DNA from: a virus
Virus record (IMG/VR): IMGVR_UViG_3300023084_000004
Length of the DNA stretch: 64,000 nucleotides
Direction: 5' to 3' (one strand)
This document shows, in pieces, positions 28,531 through 37,812 of the stretch (its first letter is position 1; every line of letters begins with the position of its first letter). The notes beneath the pieces were generated by a model. The model saw only the letters and a list, made by a program, of their open reading frames with translations, had not been told where the DNA came from and did not search any database. The position numbers and the translations under genes are program-made.

Positions 28531-28977
28531 ATGCCTTATTCCAAGAAAGTATTAGACAGATTCGAAGCAGTAACTAATAATCCACAGGCACATGGAGTCG
28601 GAAGGTTTGATCCTAACGATCCTACTGTTGCAACTGGATTAACAGGTGCACCTGCGTGTGGCGATGTTATGAAATTGGATTTAAAATTAAATCCTGAGAC
28701 TGAAGTCATCGAAGACGTTAAATTTAAAACTTATGGATGTGGTTCTGCTATCGCTTCAAGCAGTATGTTCGTCGAAATGTTAAAAGGTAAAACTATTGAA
28801 GAAGCAAAATTAATTAAAGATAAAGAAATTGCGGAAGCTTTAGAATTGCCTCCAATTAAAATTCATTGTTCTGTATTGGCAGAAGATTCAATCAAAAGAG
28901 CAATACAAGATTGGGAAGAAAAGAAAGCAGGTCGTAACGAATCGTGGTTGGAAAAAATGACCAAAAAGGAAGATTAA
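28531..28977 (+). CDS. iscU: Fe-S cluster scaffold protein
   Basis: GAPACGDVM, KFKTYGCGSAIASSS, LELPPIKIHCSVLAED (all three conserved Cys). Confidence 0.95.
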   Translation: MPYSKKVLDRFEAVTNNPQAHGVGRFDPNDPTVATGLTGAPACGDVMKLDLKLNPETEVIEDVKFKTYGCGSAIASSSMFVEMLKGKTIEEAKLIKDKEIAEALELPPIKIHCSVLAEDSIKRAIQDWEEKKAGRNESWLEKMTKKED

Positions 28978-28979
28978 AA

Positions 28980-29450
28980 ATGTATGAATATAAAACAAAA
29001 TTATTAAAAGTTATTGATGGTGATACAGTCGATGTAGATATCGATTTAGGTTTTGGTGTATGGTTAAGAAATGAACGTGTACGTATTATGGGAATTGATA
29101 CTCCTGAAAGCAGAACTTCAGATAAAGTTGAAAAACTGTTTGGACTTGCTGCAAAGAAAAGACTAAAAGAATTATTGGGTCCAAATCCAGTTTTGAAAAC
29201 ACAAGTTGGAAAAGGTGGAGAAGACATGAAAGGTAAGTTCGGACGTATCTTAGGCGACTTTACTGTATTCGATGCCAAAAATGACAGATGGTGTTGTGCA
29301 ACAGAAGTTTTAATCGAAGAAGGCCATTGTGTAGAATACTGGGGTCAAGCTAAAGAAGACGTAGCAGATGAACATCTTAAAAATAGAGAAAAACTCTTAG
29401 AAGAAGGTGTCGTCGATAAGAAAGCATACTTTAAACTTTTACCTAAATGA
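28980..29450 (+). CDS. Thermonuclease (SNase)-like protein
   Basis: KVIDGDTVDV...RVRIMGIDTPESR...GKFGRILG. Confidence 0.85.
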   Translation: MYEYKTKLLKVIDGDTVDVDIDLGFGVWLRNERVRIMGIDTPESRTSDKVEKLFGLAAKKRLKELLGPNPVLKTQVGKGGEDMKGKFGRILGDFTVFDAKNDRWCCATEVLIEEGHCVEYWGQAKEDVADEHLKNREKLLEEGVVDKKAYFKLLPK

Positions 29451-29557
29451 GTATTGAAGCATTAGTAGCATATATCATAATTAGTTTGCTTATTCCATTC
29501 TCTTGGTGGGCAGCTGGTAAGCTTCAAGATCATTTTGACAATTAATGAAAAAAACAG

Positions 29558-29659
29558 TTGACATTTGTTATGAAATGATGTATAATAGTACAGTAAATGG
29601 AAATATACACAAAAATAATGAAAAAAACAGTTGACATTTACGAGAAACTGTGATATATT
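29558..29659 (+). promoter_or_regulatory. Two tandem sigma70-type promoters upstream of rpsU
   Basis: TTGACA 29558 / TATAAT 29581 and TTGACA 29631 / TATATT 29654, each with a 17-nt spacer and upstream A-tract. Confidence 0.75.
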
Positions 29660-29667
29660 AATAAAAT

Positions 29668-29961
29668 ATGAGATATAAAGATAACAATGTGCAGGGTACA
29701 AGTGTTTATTTAGCACCAAGGAGAAGGCACCCTAAAGATAAAAAACCTCCTCAACCGATGCCTTTTGATGTAGCATTAAGGAAATTTAAGAAAGCTGTTG
29801 AAAAAGCAGGTATACTTAAAGAGCTTAAGAAAAGAGAATACTACGAAAAACCTACAGCGGTAAGAAAGCGTAAAAAAGCTGAAGGTATTAAAAGACATCA
29901 AAAATCTAGAGCTAAAGATATGGCAATGAGTAATCTACCAAGAGGTTTTAGAAGATACTAA
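29668..29961 (+). CDS. rpsU: 30S ribosomal protein bS21 homolog
   Basis: [38 protein letters not shown]. Confidence 0.9.
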   Translation: MRYKDNNVQGTSVYLAPRRRHPKDKKPPQPMPFDVALRKFKKAVEKAGILKELKKREYYEKPTAVRKRKKAEGIKRHQKSRAKDMAMSNLPRGFRRY

Positions 29962-29967
29962 GTTACG

Positions 29968-30095
29968 GTTCAGTGGGAATAAACCATGACGGCGAGAGCA
30001 ATCTAGGACCCACGACGGCTACCGAGTCCGGGAGCAACTTTTGAACTACCGATATACTGAGTAGGAATATAACGCCAAAGGACCGACCACTGAAC
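29968..30095 (+). ncRNA. Candidate structured non-coding RNA of unknown family
   Basis: GC-rich island closed by perfect 9-bp helix GTTCAGTGG/CCACTGAAC with nested stems, followed by a T-rich run. Confidence 0.6.
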
Positions 30096-30119
30096 TCTTT
30101 TTAGAATGAAGTTTATATT

Positions 30120-30539
30120 ATGGCAATAATTCGTGGAATGACAACGCTTAACACTCGTAAGCGCAAATTAAAAATTACGAAAGCAAAATATAAAGAGCTT
30201 GAACTGCAATGGCGAGCTTATAATCGTAATATGAAAAGCAAAGGTATGCATAATCTACGATATGATACCCTTGAAGATTATATTGCATATTGCTATGGTT
30301 TGATCAAACATAAACCAGCTTTCGAAAGCAAACCTATTCCAAAACCAGAACCCTATCGAAGAGAAACTGTACATTATCCATCACTCGTTTCTAAAGAAGG
30401 TGGTGGCCACGGTACAAAGAAAGAATCACCTAAATATACTGGGACTCTTATCAAAGGCATTGCTACCATGCATAAAAGCAATGCTGTCCCAGTTATTAAT
30501 CAAAAAGAAGCTGAAGAAATCAGCAGGATGGCGAGATGA
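30120..30539 (+). CDS. Conserved phage hypothetical protein
   Basis: C-terminal YTGTLIKGIATMHKSNAVPV motif. Confidence 0.75.
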   Translation: MAIIRGMTTLNTRKRKLKITKAKYKELELQWRAYNRNMKSKGMHNLRYDTLEDYIAYCYGLIKHKPAFESKPIPKPEPYRRETVHYPSLVSKEGGGHGTKKESPKYTGTLIKGIATMHKSNAVPVINQKEAEEISRMAR

Positions 30540-30706
30540 AAATTGACTATCCTATCCACAAGTTTTCCTGCTCCATCTGCGGAAAACATTTCGAAATGTT
30601 ATTATATTATAAAGTAGAACCAAATGGGCACCACAGTCAAGTGTATTGTAGCCCAGAATGCAGTGTTAAAGGTCATGCTGTATTCTTAAGGAGACCTGAA
30701 CGATGA
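30536..30706 (+). CDS. Small Zn-finger-like protein (not in ORF track)
   Basis: CSICGKHF...YCSPEC, 56 aa. Confidence 0.6.
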   Translation: MKIDYPIHKFSCSICGKHFEMLLYYKVEPNGHHSQVYCSPECSVKGHAVFLRRPER

Positions 30707-30912
30707 GTGAAATTGATTTAAATGCGAGAATCCAAGAAAGAATGGATAAACTTGAAAATCTAATGAAAGCAAATAAGCATATTGGTCATGCAGAAGCTGC
30801 TATGGATTTTACAACTGAAATTACAAAGTTTTGGAGTATATTGTCAGAAGAAGATAGAGATTTTCTTCAAGGAGTACAATATGCTATAGAAGAACAAGTT
30901 CCTTGGGAGTAA
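30703..30912 (+). CDS. Hypothetical protein
   Basis: AAGGAG RBS. Confidence 0.7.
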   Translation: MSEIDLNARIQERMDKLENLMKANKHIGHAEAAMDFTTEITKFWSILSEEDRDFLQGVQYAIEEQVPWE

Positions 30913-30918
30913 TAAAAT

Positions 30919-31191
30919 ATGACGCAATATAAAGAAGAAGTGCAAAGACAAAAGGATTTGCTAAAAGCAGAAGAATGGGCAAACGGTGTTGAGTGTTTAC
31001 ATATTCATGGCCTTAGTTCAATGTGGTATGATAATAGACCAGAAGATACCGCAGATGGTAAAATGGTTACTGACAAAACATTCAATAGTGGTCTTATTGA
31101 AAGAACATTGGAAAATGGCTCAATTGTCCATTTTGGAAACAAATTACAAGGTGATGAATTAATTTGGAAATATAAAGCTGTTCACGCATAA
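30919..31191 (+). CDS. Hypothetical protein
   Basis: 90-aa ORF. Confidence 0.7.
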   Translation: MTQYKEEVQRQKDLLKAEEWANGVECLHIHGLSSMWYDNRPEDTADGKMVTDKTFNSGLIERTLENGSIVHFGNKLQGDELIWKYKAVHA

Positions 31192-31207
31192 TACAACGGA
31201 GGTTTGT

Positions 31208-31717
31208 ATGAAACGTTTATTATTATTGAACTTTTTAATTATATCTGGATTAGCATCAGGAATAGAACATGATGAACCATACGTTCTTTCAGAAGATGAA
31301 AGATGTATGGCACTAAACATTTATCATGAAAGTAGATCTGAAAATATGGCAGGAAAATTTGCCGTAGCTGATGTTGTTTTAAATAGAGTAAATGACAGAA
31401 GATATCCAAACACAATATGTGCTGTAGTAAAACAAGCAAAACTTTCAGAGTGGTGGTTAGAACAAGGACGAGAAGTTCCAGTAAGAAATGCTTGTCAATT
31501 TAGTTGGTATTGTGATGGTCTTAAAGACGATCCTACTGATAGTGATGCATGGAGAGATGCAGTATTAATTACATATCAAATTATGAATAACGATATGTAT
31601 AGAGGCATCACAGAAGGCAGTACTCATTACCATGCAGATTATATCAATCCTCATTGGGCTGATAGTTTACATTTAATTGGTAGAGTAGGATCTCATATTT
31701 TCTATCGACAAGATTAA
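31208..31717 (+). CDS. Cell wall hydrolase, SleB/Hydrolase_2 family
   Basis: CMALNIYHESR...AVADVVLNRV...YPNTICAVV...CQFSW...THYHA; signal peptide. Confidence 0.9.
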   Translation: MKRLLLLNFLIISGLASGIEHDEPYVLSEDERCMALNIYHESRSENMAGKFAVADVVLNRVNDRRYPNTICAVVKQAKLSEWWLEQGREVPVRNACQFSWYCDGLKDDPTDSDAWRDAVLITYQIMNNDMYRGITEGSTHYHADYINPHWADSLHLIGRVGSHIFYRQD

Positions 31718-31755
31718 ATAAATATCTCTATGAATGCTAAACATAGAGGTATATT

Positions 31756-32325
31756 ATGGTTATTGCAGGCATAGACTATAGTTTAACTAGTCCTGCACTT
31801 TGTATACATGAAGGCAAAGAATGGAGTTATGAAAATTGCACATTCTATTATCTTGTAAACAAAGAGAAACATCTCGAGCGTGAGGATAAAAAGTATATTC
31901 CAACTTTATATCCACAGTATAGAGATGATATGGAAAGATTTGAAAAATTATCTGAATGGACTTTAGGTAATTGTTTAAATCATGGAGTAGAACTTGTTGC
32001 TTTAGAAGGTTATGCTTTTGGAGCAGTTGGAAGAGTTTTCCAGATTGCAGAAAATGCAGGACTACTCAAGTATAAATTATGGGAACAAGAAATTATAGTA
32101 GATATTTTTGCTCCAACAATGATAAAAAAATATGCTACTGATAAAGGTAATGCGAATAAAGAACTTATGGTTGAAGCATTTGAACGTGAAACAAAGGTTG
32201 ACATTCGCGAGAAATGTGGTATAATAAACAAACAATGGAATCCTATAAGTGATATAGTTGATTCCTATTATATTGCAAAATTTGGATTTAAAGAAATTTT
32301 TAATAATTTGGAAAAAGAACTATGA
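31756..32325 (+). CDS. RuvC-like Holliday junction resolvase/nuclease
   Basis: IAGIDYS, VALEGYA, IKKYAT.KGNANK, SDIVDSY. Confidence 0.75.
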   Translation: MVIAGIDYSLTSPALCIHEGKEWSYENCTFYYLVNKEKHLEREDKKYIPTLYPQYRDDMERFEKLSEWTLGNCLNHGVELVALEGYAFGAVGRVFQIAENAGLLKYKLWEQEIIVDIFAPTMIKKYATDKGNANKELMVEAFERETKVDIREKCGIINKQWNPISDIVDSYYIAKFGFKEIFNNLEKEL

Positions 32326-32975
32326 TAGTAATTTTCAATGGCCCGCCCGGATCAGGTAAGGATGAAGCTGCTTCTTTATTTAAAGAAACATTTGGATTCC
32401 AAAATCTGAGTTTTAAATATCAATTGTTTAAAGAAACAATTGCACACTTCGAAGTAGATAAAGAATGGTTTATGGAAGGTTATGATAACCGAGAAGTAAA
32501 AGAAAAGAAAGAATTTGCTTTGAATGAAATGTCTCGAAGAGAAGCAATGATTCACGTGTCTGAAGATATTGTAAAACCTAAAAAAGGTTTAGATTATTTT
32601 GGCCGTATGGTTGCTGAAGAAATTGAAGAAGGTAAACATTACGCAATTGCAGATGGTGGATTCGTAGAAGAGCTCGAACCTCTTATCGAAAAAGTAGGAG
32701 CAGATAATATAGTACTCGTACAAATCACAAGAGAAGGACATGATTATTCAACAGATTCTAGAAGATATTTCAATGGAAGATTGTATAAAGAATTTACAAT
32801 TGGACATGAAACACCAATTGATAATGCTTATGTTTTAGATGAGTCATTCGATATTAAAACATATAGGATTCACAATAATGGTACACTTCGTGGTTTTCGT
32901 AATACACTTTTAAATATTTTTGGTGAATTAGACTTAGATAATGAATTCGAAACTCCAGAACATACCAAAGCCTAA
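32322..32975 (+). CDS. Deoxynucleoside monophosphate kinase-like (T4 gp1-like)
   Basis: IFNGPPGSGKD Walker A; IADGGF..E. Confidence 0.65.
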   Translation: MIVIFNGPPGSGKDEAASLFKETFGFQNLSFKYQLFKETIAHFEVDKEWFMEGYDNREVKEKKEFALNEMSRREAMIHVSEDIVKPKKGLDYFGRMVAEEIEEGKHYAIADGGFVEELEPLIEKVGADNIVLVQITREGHDYSTDSRRYFNGRLYKEFTIGHETPIDNAYVLDESFDIKTYRIHNNGTLRGFRNTLLNIFGELDLDNEFETPEHTKA

Positions 32976-33732
32976 CGTAATTAATCTTAAAGAGTGTCCT
33001 GATAGAAAACGCTATACAATTTCTGAATGGGAAAAGTATGGCGGAGAAACTCTTGAGATACATTCTTATGATCGTTATGTAGAAGGTGAATCGATTCCTT
33101 TTGCTGGTGATGAAGAATTACTTAAAAAGGCAACAAAAGGTGTAGCATCTTCTCATTTACTTACAATTAAAAAGTGGTATGAGACTACGGATGAACCGTA
33201 TGGTATTTTTTTAGAAGATGATGTTGATTATTCAACTATCGAACATTGGAATTTTACTCTATCAGAGTTTATAGAAAAATGTAATGATTATGCATGGAGT
33301 GCTTTACAACTTGGATTAGTATTTGAATATCCGTATGACATATATCGCGAATATCCTCTTATGGCTCCAAGACGTAGAAATATATGGGATCATGGATTAC
33401 AATGTTATGTCCTAAAAAGAGAATGCGCTCAAAAGATAGTACAATTTTATTTTAGTTTTGAAGAAGCATTAACTGGAAAACAGGTGATTAACTATAGTAT
33501 GCCATTAAATGCACCCGATGCGTTTGAAAATAATGTATTACATGGATTTGGAAAGGTAATTGTGTTTCCTCTGTTCAATCATAATGTTACAGACTTTAGA
33601 TCAAAGAATATATATTATTACAATCAAATGGCTGCAAGTGCTATCTACTCTTATGAGTTTTTAAAGGACTGGTGGGAAAAGAAAGGAAGTTCAAAATCCT
33701 TAGAAGAAATTTTTGAAAATGCTCAATTATAA
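32941..33732 (+). CDS. Glycosyltransferase family 25-like protein
   Basis: VINL....DR; GVASSHL..IK.W; IFLEDD; CYVLKRECAQK. Confidence 0.7.
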   Translation: MNSKLQNIPKPNVINLKECPDRKRYTISEWEKYGGETLEIHSYDRYVEGESIPFAGDEELLKKATKGVASSHLLTIKKWYETTDEPYGIFLEDDVDYSTIEHWNFTLSEFIEKCNDYAWSALQLGLVFEYPYDIYREYPLMAPRRRNIWDHGLQCYVLKRECAQKIVQFYFSFEEALTGKQVINYSMPLNAPDAFENNVLHGFGKVIVFPLFNHNVTDFRSKNIYYYNQMAASAIYSYEFLKDWWEKKGSSKSLEEIFENAQL

Positions 33733-33965
33733 TGGAGAAAAAAATGAATATTGATGAATTAACTAAACTAAAAGTAATATGGGAATTGATTGATGATCTT
33801 AAAGATCAAATTAAATTTCAAGCAAGTGGTCATATATACACGACTATTGGTGTACTAGAAAACGAAGCAAGTAAAGTAGAAAAAAATATTAAAGCTTCTT
33901 TGTCTCATAAAGATCCACATTTTGAAGATGCTGTTCAAAGCGTTGCTCCGGAGTTAGTACAATGA
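33732..33965 (+). CDS. Hypothetical protein
   Basis: 77-aa ORF. Confidence 0.6.
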   Translation: MEKKMNIDELTKLKVIWELIDDLKDQIKFQASGHIYTTIGVLENEASKVEKNIKASLSHKDPHFEDAVQSVAPELVQ

Positions 33966-34936
33966 GTGTAGTATATAAAGGTGAAATAATTAACTCTGAA
34001 ATCTCAAAGAATTCTAAAGGCGGAACTGAGATGATGCGTCAACGTTTAGTTGACAATGTTGATAAAGATCTTTTAAATCAAGTTGCTATTCATTTATCAA
34101 GACCACGTCAAGATTACGAAGATGTTCCTAATATTATGTGGTGCCATGATTTAGCAGAAGATCCTGAAAATAAAATTTTAGAGAATGGAGAATGGAATAA
34201 ATTTGATCATTTTGTTTTTGTAACTGCTTGGCAAAGAGATCAATATATTATTAGATATGGTATTCCATATAGTAAATGTTCGGTTATCCATAACGCAGTA
34301 GAAAAAGAATACAGTCCTACTGAAAAAGATATGGAAACTATTCGATTTGTTTATCATACTACACCACACCGTGGATTAGAACTTGTTGTTCCAATCTTTG
34401 ATGCTTTATGTAATGATTTCGACAACATTCATTTAGATGTATATAGTTCATTCGATATTTACGGTTGGCCACAAAGAGATGAGCCTTATTCTGGCTTATT
34501 TAAAAATATTGAAGCTCATGAAAAAATGACTTATCATGGTGCTGTTTCAAACGAAGAAGTTTTAGAAGCATTAAGTAAGTCTCATATTTTTATGTATCCT
34601 AACATTTGGAAAGAAACATCTTGTATTGCATTGATTGAAGCAATTAAATCACAGATGATCTGTATTCATCCAAATTATGGTGCATTACCAGAAACATCTT
34701 CAAATGCAACAATTATGTATGACTTTAATGAAAATAATCAAGCACATGCAAACTATTGTTATGCAGTCACAAAACAGGTGCTAAATAGTATGAAACAAGA
34801 TCCAAACTATTTTCACGGGTTTACTTTTTCAGATCGTTTTAACTTAGCTCGAAACAATATCGCTTCGTTTAAAGTTATGTGGGAAACGCTCTTAAGGAAT
34901 ATTATTCATGTCAAAGGACAAGAAGAAACCAAATAA
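33962..34936 (+). CDS. GT-B fold glycosyltransferase (GT4/Glycos_transf_1-like)
   Basis: GGTE, HTTPHRGLE, YPNIWKETSCIALIEA...YGALPE. Confidence 0.85.
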   Translation: MSVVYKGEIINSEISKNSKGGTEMMRQRLVDNVDKDLLNQVAIHLSRPRQDYEDVPNIMWCHDLAEDPENKILENGEWNKFDHFVFVTAWQRDQYIIRYGIPYSKCSVIHNAVEKEYSPTEKDMETIRFVYHTTPHRGLELVVPIFDALCNDFDNIHLDVYSSFDIYGWPQRDEPYSGLFKNIEAHEKMTYHGAVSNEEVLEALSKSHIFMYPNIWKETSCIALIEAIKSQMICIHPNYGALPETSSNATIMYDFNENNQAHANYCYAVTKQVLNSMKQDPNYFHGFTFSDRFNLARNNIASFKVMWETLLRNIIHVKGQEETK

Positions 34937-35306
34937 CGTTATAGAATTTCCTAAAATACATATTGATAATCCTCCTCTATCTCCTGAAGATGTTCAAGAT
35001 AGATTATTGAGATACAAAGAAAGTTATTCTACAGAATTAGCAGAAATACTATGGGAAAATGTACTAGGAGAAATGACACGATCCGGATGTGATTTTGATT
35101 CAGACATGGATAAGTATTTTCCAAGTATGATATTAGTATTCGAATCTATTAAATCACTTCATTCATTAACTATGGGCTTAGATCATCCTCTACAAAGGTT
35201 TGCAGAAGAAAATGTTGTCGTTATCGATAGTAATGAAATGCAAACTATGGGTGGTTTGAAAAAAGATTTGAAAAAAACAGTTGACAATGACGAAGAAATA
35301 GATTAA
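34908..35306 (+). CDS. Hypothetical protein
   Basis: NNVIEFPK N-terminus; 132 aa. Confidence 0.7.
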   Translation: MSKDKKKPNNVIEFPKIHIDNPPLSPEDVQDRLLRYKESYSTELAEILWENVLGEMTRSGCDFDSDMDKYFPSMILVFESIKSLHSLTMGLDHPLQRFAEENVVVIDSNEMQTMGGLKKDLKKTVDNDEEID

Positions 35307-35339
35307 AATATACTATTAAATTAAATTTGGACTTAAATT

Positions 35340-36197
35340 ATGATATTAGTTGACTACAATCAGATGATGCTTTCATCATTGTTTGCTCAGATTGGAAACC
35401 ATACTGACATTGATTTAGATGAAAATCTACTTCGTCATATGTTTCTAAACTCACTTCGTTTCAATAGGAAAAAATTCTATGAAGAATATGGTGAGATTGT
35501 AATATGCGCAGACAATAAAAATGTATGGAGACGTGATTATTTTCCGTATTATAAAGCAAATCGTAAAAAAAATCGAGATGAATCCGAAATGGATTGGAAC
35601 AAACTCTTTGAGTGTGTTCATAAAATACGTGATGAACTTGCTGAACACTTTCCTTATAAAGTACTTTATATAGATCGTTGTGAAGCCGATGACATTATTG
35701 CTACAATTGTTCATTCAGAAGGTCAGTTGCTTTATGGTGGTGGCGAAAAAATCTTAATCCTATCAGGAGATAAAGATTTTATGCAATTACATACATACGC
35801 AAATGTTGACCAATATAACCCAACTATGAAAAGATGGGTACGAACAGATGATCCTAATAAATATTTACAAGAACATATATTGAAAGGTGATGTAGGTGAC
35901 GGTATTCCAAATATTCTTAGTGCTGATAATTGTCTTGCTATTGGTGAACGCCAAAGGCCATTAACTAAGAAAAAGATTACTGCTTTTACTACTGAACCTT
36001 CATCTATGGACGAAGAAACAAAGTTACGTTTTAATCGTAATAAAAAGATGATTGATCTAGGTGAAATTCCACAAGAATACAAAGATAAAATTCTAGAGGA
36101 ATATCGTAAAGATAGTCCTGTAGGTAGAGAACATCTTTTTAATTTTTTCGTAAAAGCAAAATTGAAGAACTTAATTACTGATATACAGGATTTTTAA
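35340..36197 (+). CDS. rnh: T4-type RNase H / 5'-3' exonuclease
   Basis: WRRDYFPYYKANRKK, EADDIIA, ILSGDKDFMQL, LKGDVGDGIPN. Confidence 0.93.
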   Translation: MILVDYNQMMLSSLFAQIGNHTDIDLDENLLRHMFLNSLRFNRKKFYEEYGEIVICADNKNVWRRDYFPYYKANRKKNRDESEMDWNKLFECVHKIRDELAEHFPYKVLYIDRCEADDIIATIVHSEGQLLYGGGEKILILSGDKDFMQLHTYANVDQYNPTMKRWVRTDDPNKYLQEHILKGDVGDGIPNILSADNCLAIGERQRPLTKKKITAFTTEPSSMDEETKLRFNRNKKMIDLGEIPQEYKDKILEEYRKDSPVGREHLFNFFVKAKLKNLITDIQDF

Positions 36198-36198
36198 A

Positions 36199-36636
36199 AT
36201 GGCAATTAAATTATCAATTTCTGAGATTGTAACAAAATGCTCAGAATTTAAATCAAAAAAAGAAAAAATAGAATGGCTTCAAAAAAATGATGCAGTTCCA
36301 CTTCGTACAGTATTGAGACTCATTTATGATCAAGATATAGAGTTTTTAATACCTGACACACCACCTCCTTGGAAGAAAAATAACTATCCAGACGCTACAA
36401 CTATGCTTTATAGAGAAGCTCGTCGTCTCAAAATTTTCTTTAAGGGTGGAGGATATGACAACTTACAACAGGTAAAAAGAGAATCATTATTCATTTCTTT
36501 ACTAGAAGATATTGAAGATAATGATGCTGATCTTTTAGCAAATCATATGATTTCTCATACTCCAGTTAAAGGTGTTACTCGAAAAACTATAGAAGAAGCA
36601 TTTCCTACTTTATTCACTGACCCGTTACGGGTTTAA
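36199..36636 (+). CDS. Conserved T4-like-phage hypothetical protein
   Basis: LYREARRL..F..GG...KRE.LFI.LLE pattern downstream of rnh. Confidence 0.75.
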   Translation: MAIKLSISEIVTKCSEFKSKKEKIEWLQKNDAVPLRTVLRLIYDQDIEFLIPDTPPPWKKNNYPDATTMLYREARRLKIFFKGGGYDNLQQVKRESLFISLLEDIEDNDADLLANHMISHTPVKGVTRKTIEEAFPTLFTDPLRV

Positions 36637-36666
36637 CTTCCACTAGACAAAAGGACGATATGGTAA

Positions 36667-36840
36667 ATGTCACGCAAGAGATTTCGATCCTTCCGCGATA
36701 AGAATATGGACGAATGGAGTGAATACTCCAAAAGAGAAGACCGCAGGTCTGAGCGCAAGAAAAAGAATCGAAGAACTACACGAAAAGATCGTTTAAACGA
36801 AAAGTTTAAAAACTTTAAAGCTTGGAAAAATGATGAATAA
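36667..36840 (+). CDS. Small basic protein (57 aa; not in ORF track)
   Basis: MSRKRFRSFRDKNMDEWSEYSKREDRR...; co-oriented with neighbours. Confidence 0.6.
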   Translation: MSRKRFRSFRDKNMDEWSEYSKREDRRSERKKKNRRTTRKDRLNEKFKNFKAWKNDE

Positions 36841-36914
36841 ACTGTTGACATACTGAAAAAAGTGTGTTATAATATGTTTTTAAATGATGAAATGTTATGA
36901 GTACGTGGAGAAAT

Positions 36915-37496
36915 ATGGAATTAAGTGACAAGGTTATCCTTGTAGATTGTGATGGTGTTTTACTTGATTGGGAGTATAGCTTTTACAAATTTATGATTAG
37001 TAAAGGATATACAGTTAAAGAAGCAGGACATTATAAAATCAATGAAAGCTTTGGTATTCCATACGATGAAGGTAAAAGATTAATTACTCACTTTAATGAA
37101 AGTGCTAACATTGGTTTCTTATATCCTTTTAGAGATGCCGTTAAATATGTAAGAAAGCTTCATGAAGAACATGGGTACATATTTCATTGTATTACCTCAT
37201 TATCCACTGATCCGTTTGCTAAAAAACTTAGAATTCAAAACCTTGAAAATGTGTTTGGAAAAGGCATATTTGAAGAAGTGGTCTGTCTAGGTTGCGGAGA
37301 CGATAAAGATGAGGCTTTAGAGCCTTACAGAGACACTGGATGTTTTTGGATAGAGGATAAACCAGCAAACGCAGAACTAGGCCTCAGATTAGGTCTGGTG
37401 CCCTTTTTAATTGAACATGAACACAATAAAGATTACGTAAATGATAATTTTCAGAAAGTTAAAACCTGGAAAGAAATTTACGAATTTGTTGTATAA
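36915..37496 (+). CDS. HAD-family nucleotidase (T4 gp30.2-like)
   Basis: LVDCDGVLLDW; WIEDKP.NA..G; promoter TTGACA 36845 / TATAAT 36868. Confidence 0.8.
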   Translation: MELSDKVILVDCDGVLLDWEYSFYKFMISKGYTVKEAGHYKINESFGIPYDEGKRLITHFNESANIGFLYPFRDAVKYVRKLHEEHGYIFHCITSLSTDPFAKKLRIQNLENVFGKGIFEEVVCLGCGDDKDEALEPYRDTGCFWIEDKPANAELGLRLGLVPFLIEHEHNKDYVNDNFQKVKTWKEIYEFVV

Positions 37497-37528
37497 ATAA
37501 AGATATGATAGATTGGAATATTTAATTA

Positions 37529-37771
37529 ATGCCAACATACGAATTCAAAGACACCAATACAGGTGAAATCTTCGAGAAGATCCTCAAAATCTCGGAGCGA
37601 GAATCCTTCCTCGAAAAAAACCCTCATTTAAAACAAATTATTAGCGGACAAACTGTGATTGAGTCTGCGCGTCTTGGTCGTATGAAACCCGACCAAGGCT
37701 TTCGTGATTTGCTTTCTGATATGAAAAACAATAAAAGCTATACAGGAAATAAAATCAACGATTGGAAGTAA
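37529..37771 (+). CDS. FmdB-like regulatory protein
   Basis: MPTYEFK..TGEIFEK; TATAAATA late promoter at 37492-37499. Confidence 0.6.
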   Translation: MPTYEFKDTNTGEIFEKILKISERESFLEKNPHLKQIISGQTVIESARLGRMKPDQGFRDLLSDMKNNKSYTGNKINDWK

Positions 37772-37812
37772 CTCGTATATTATGATGTTGATTTGCCATA
37801 AGGAGGTTATAT

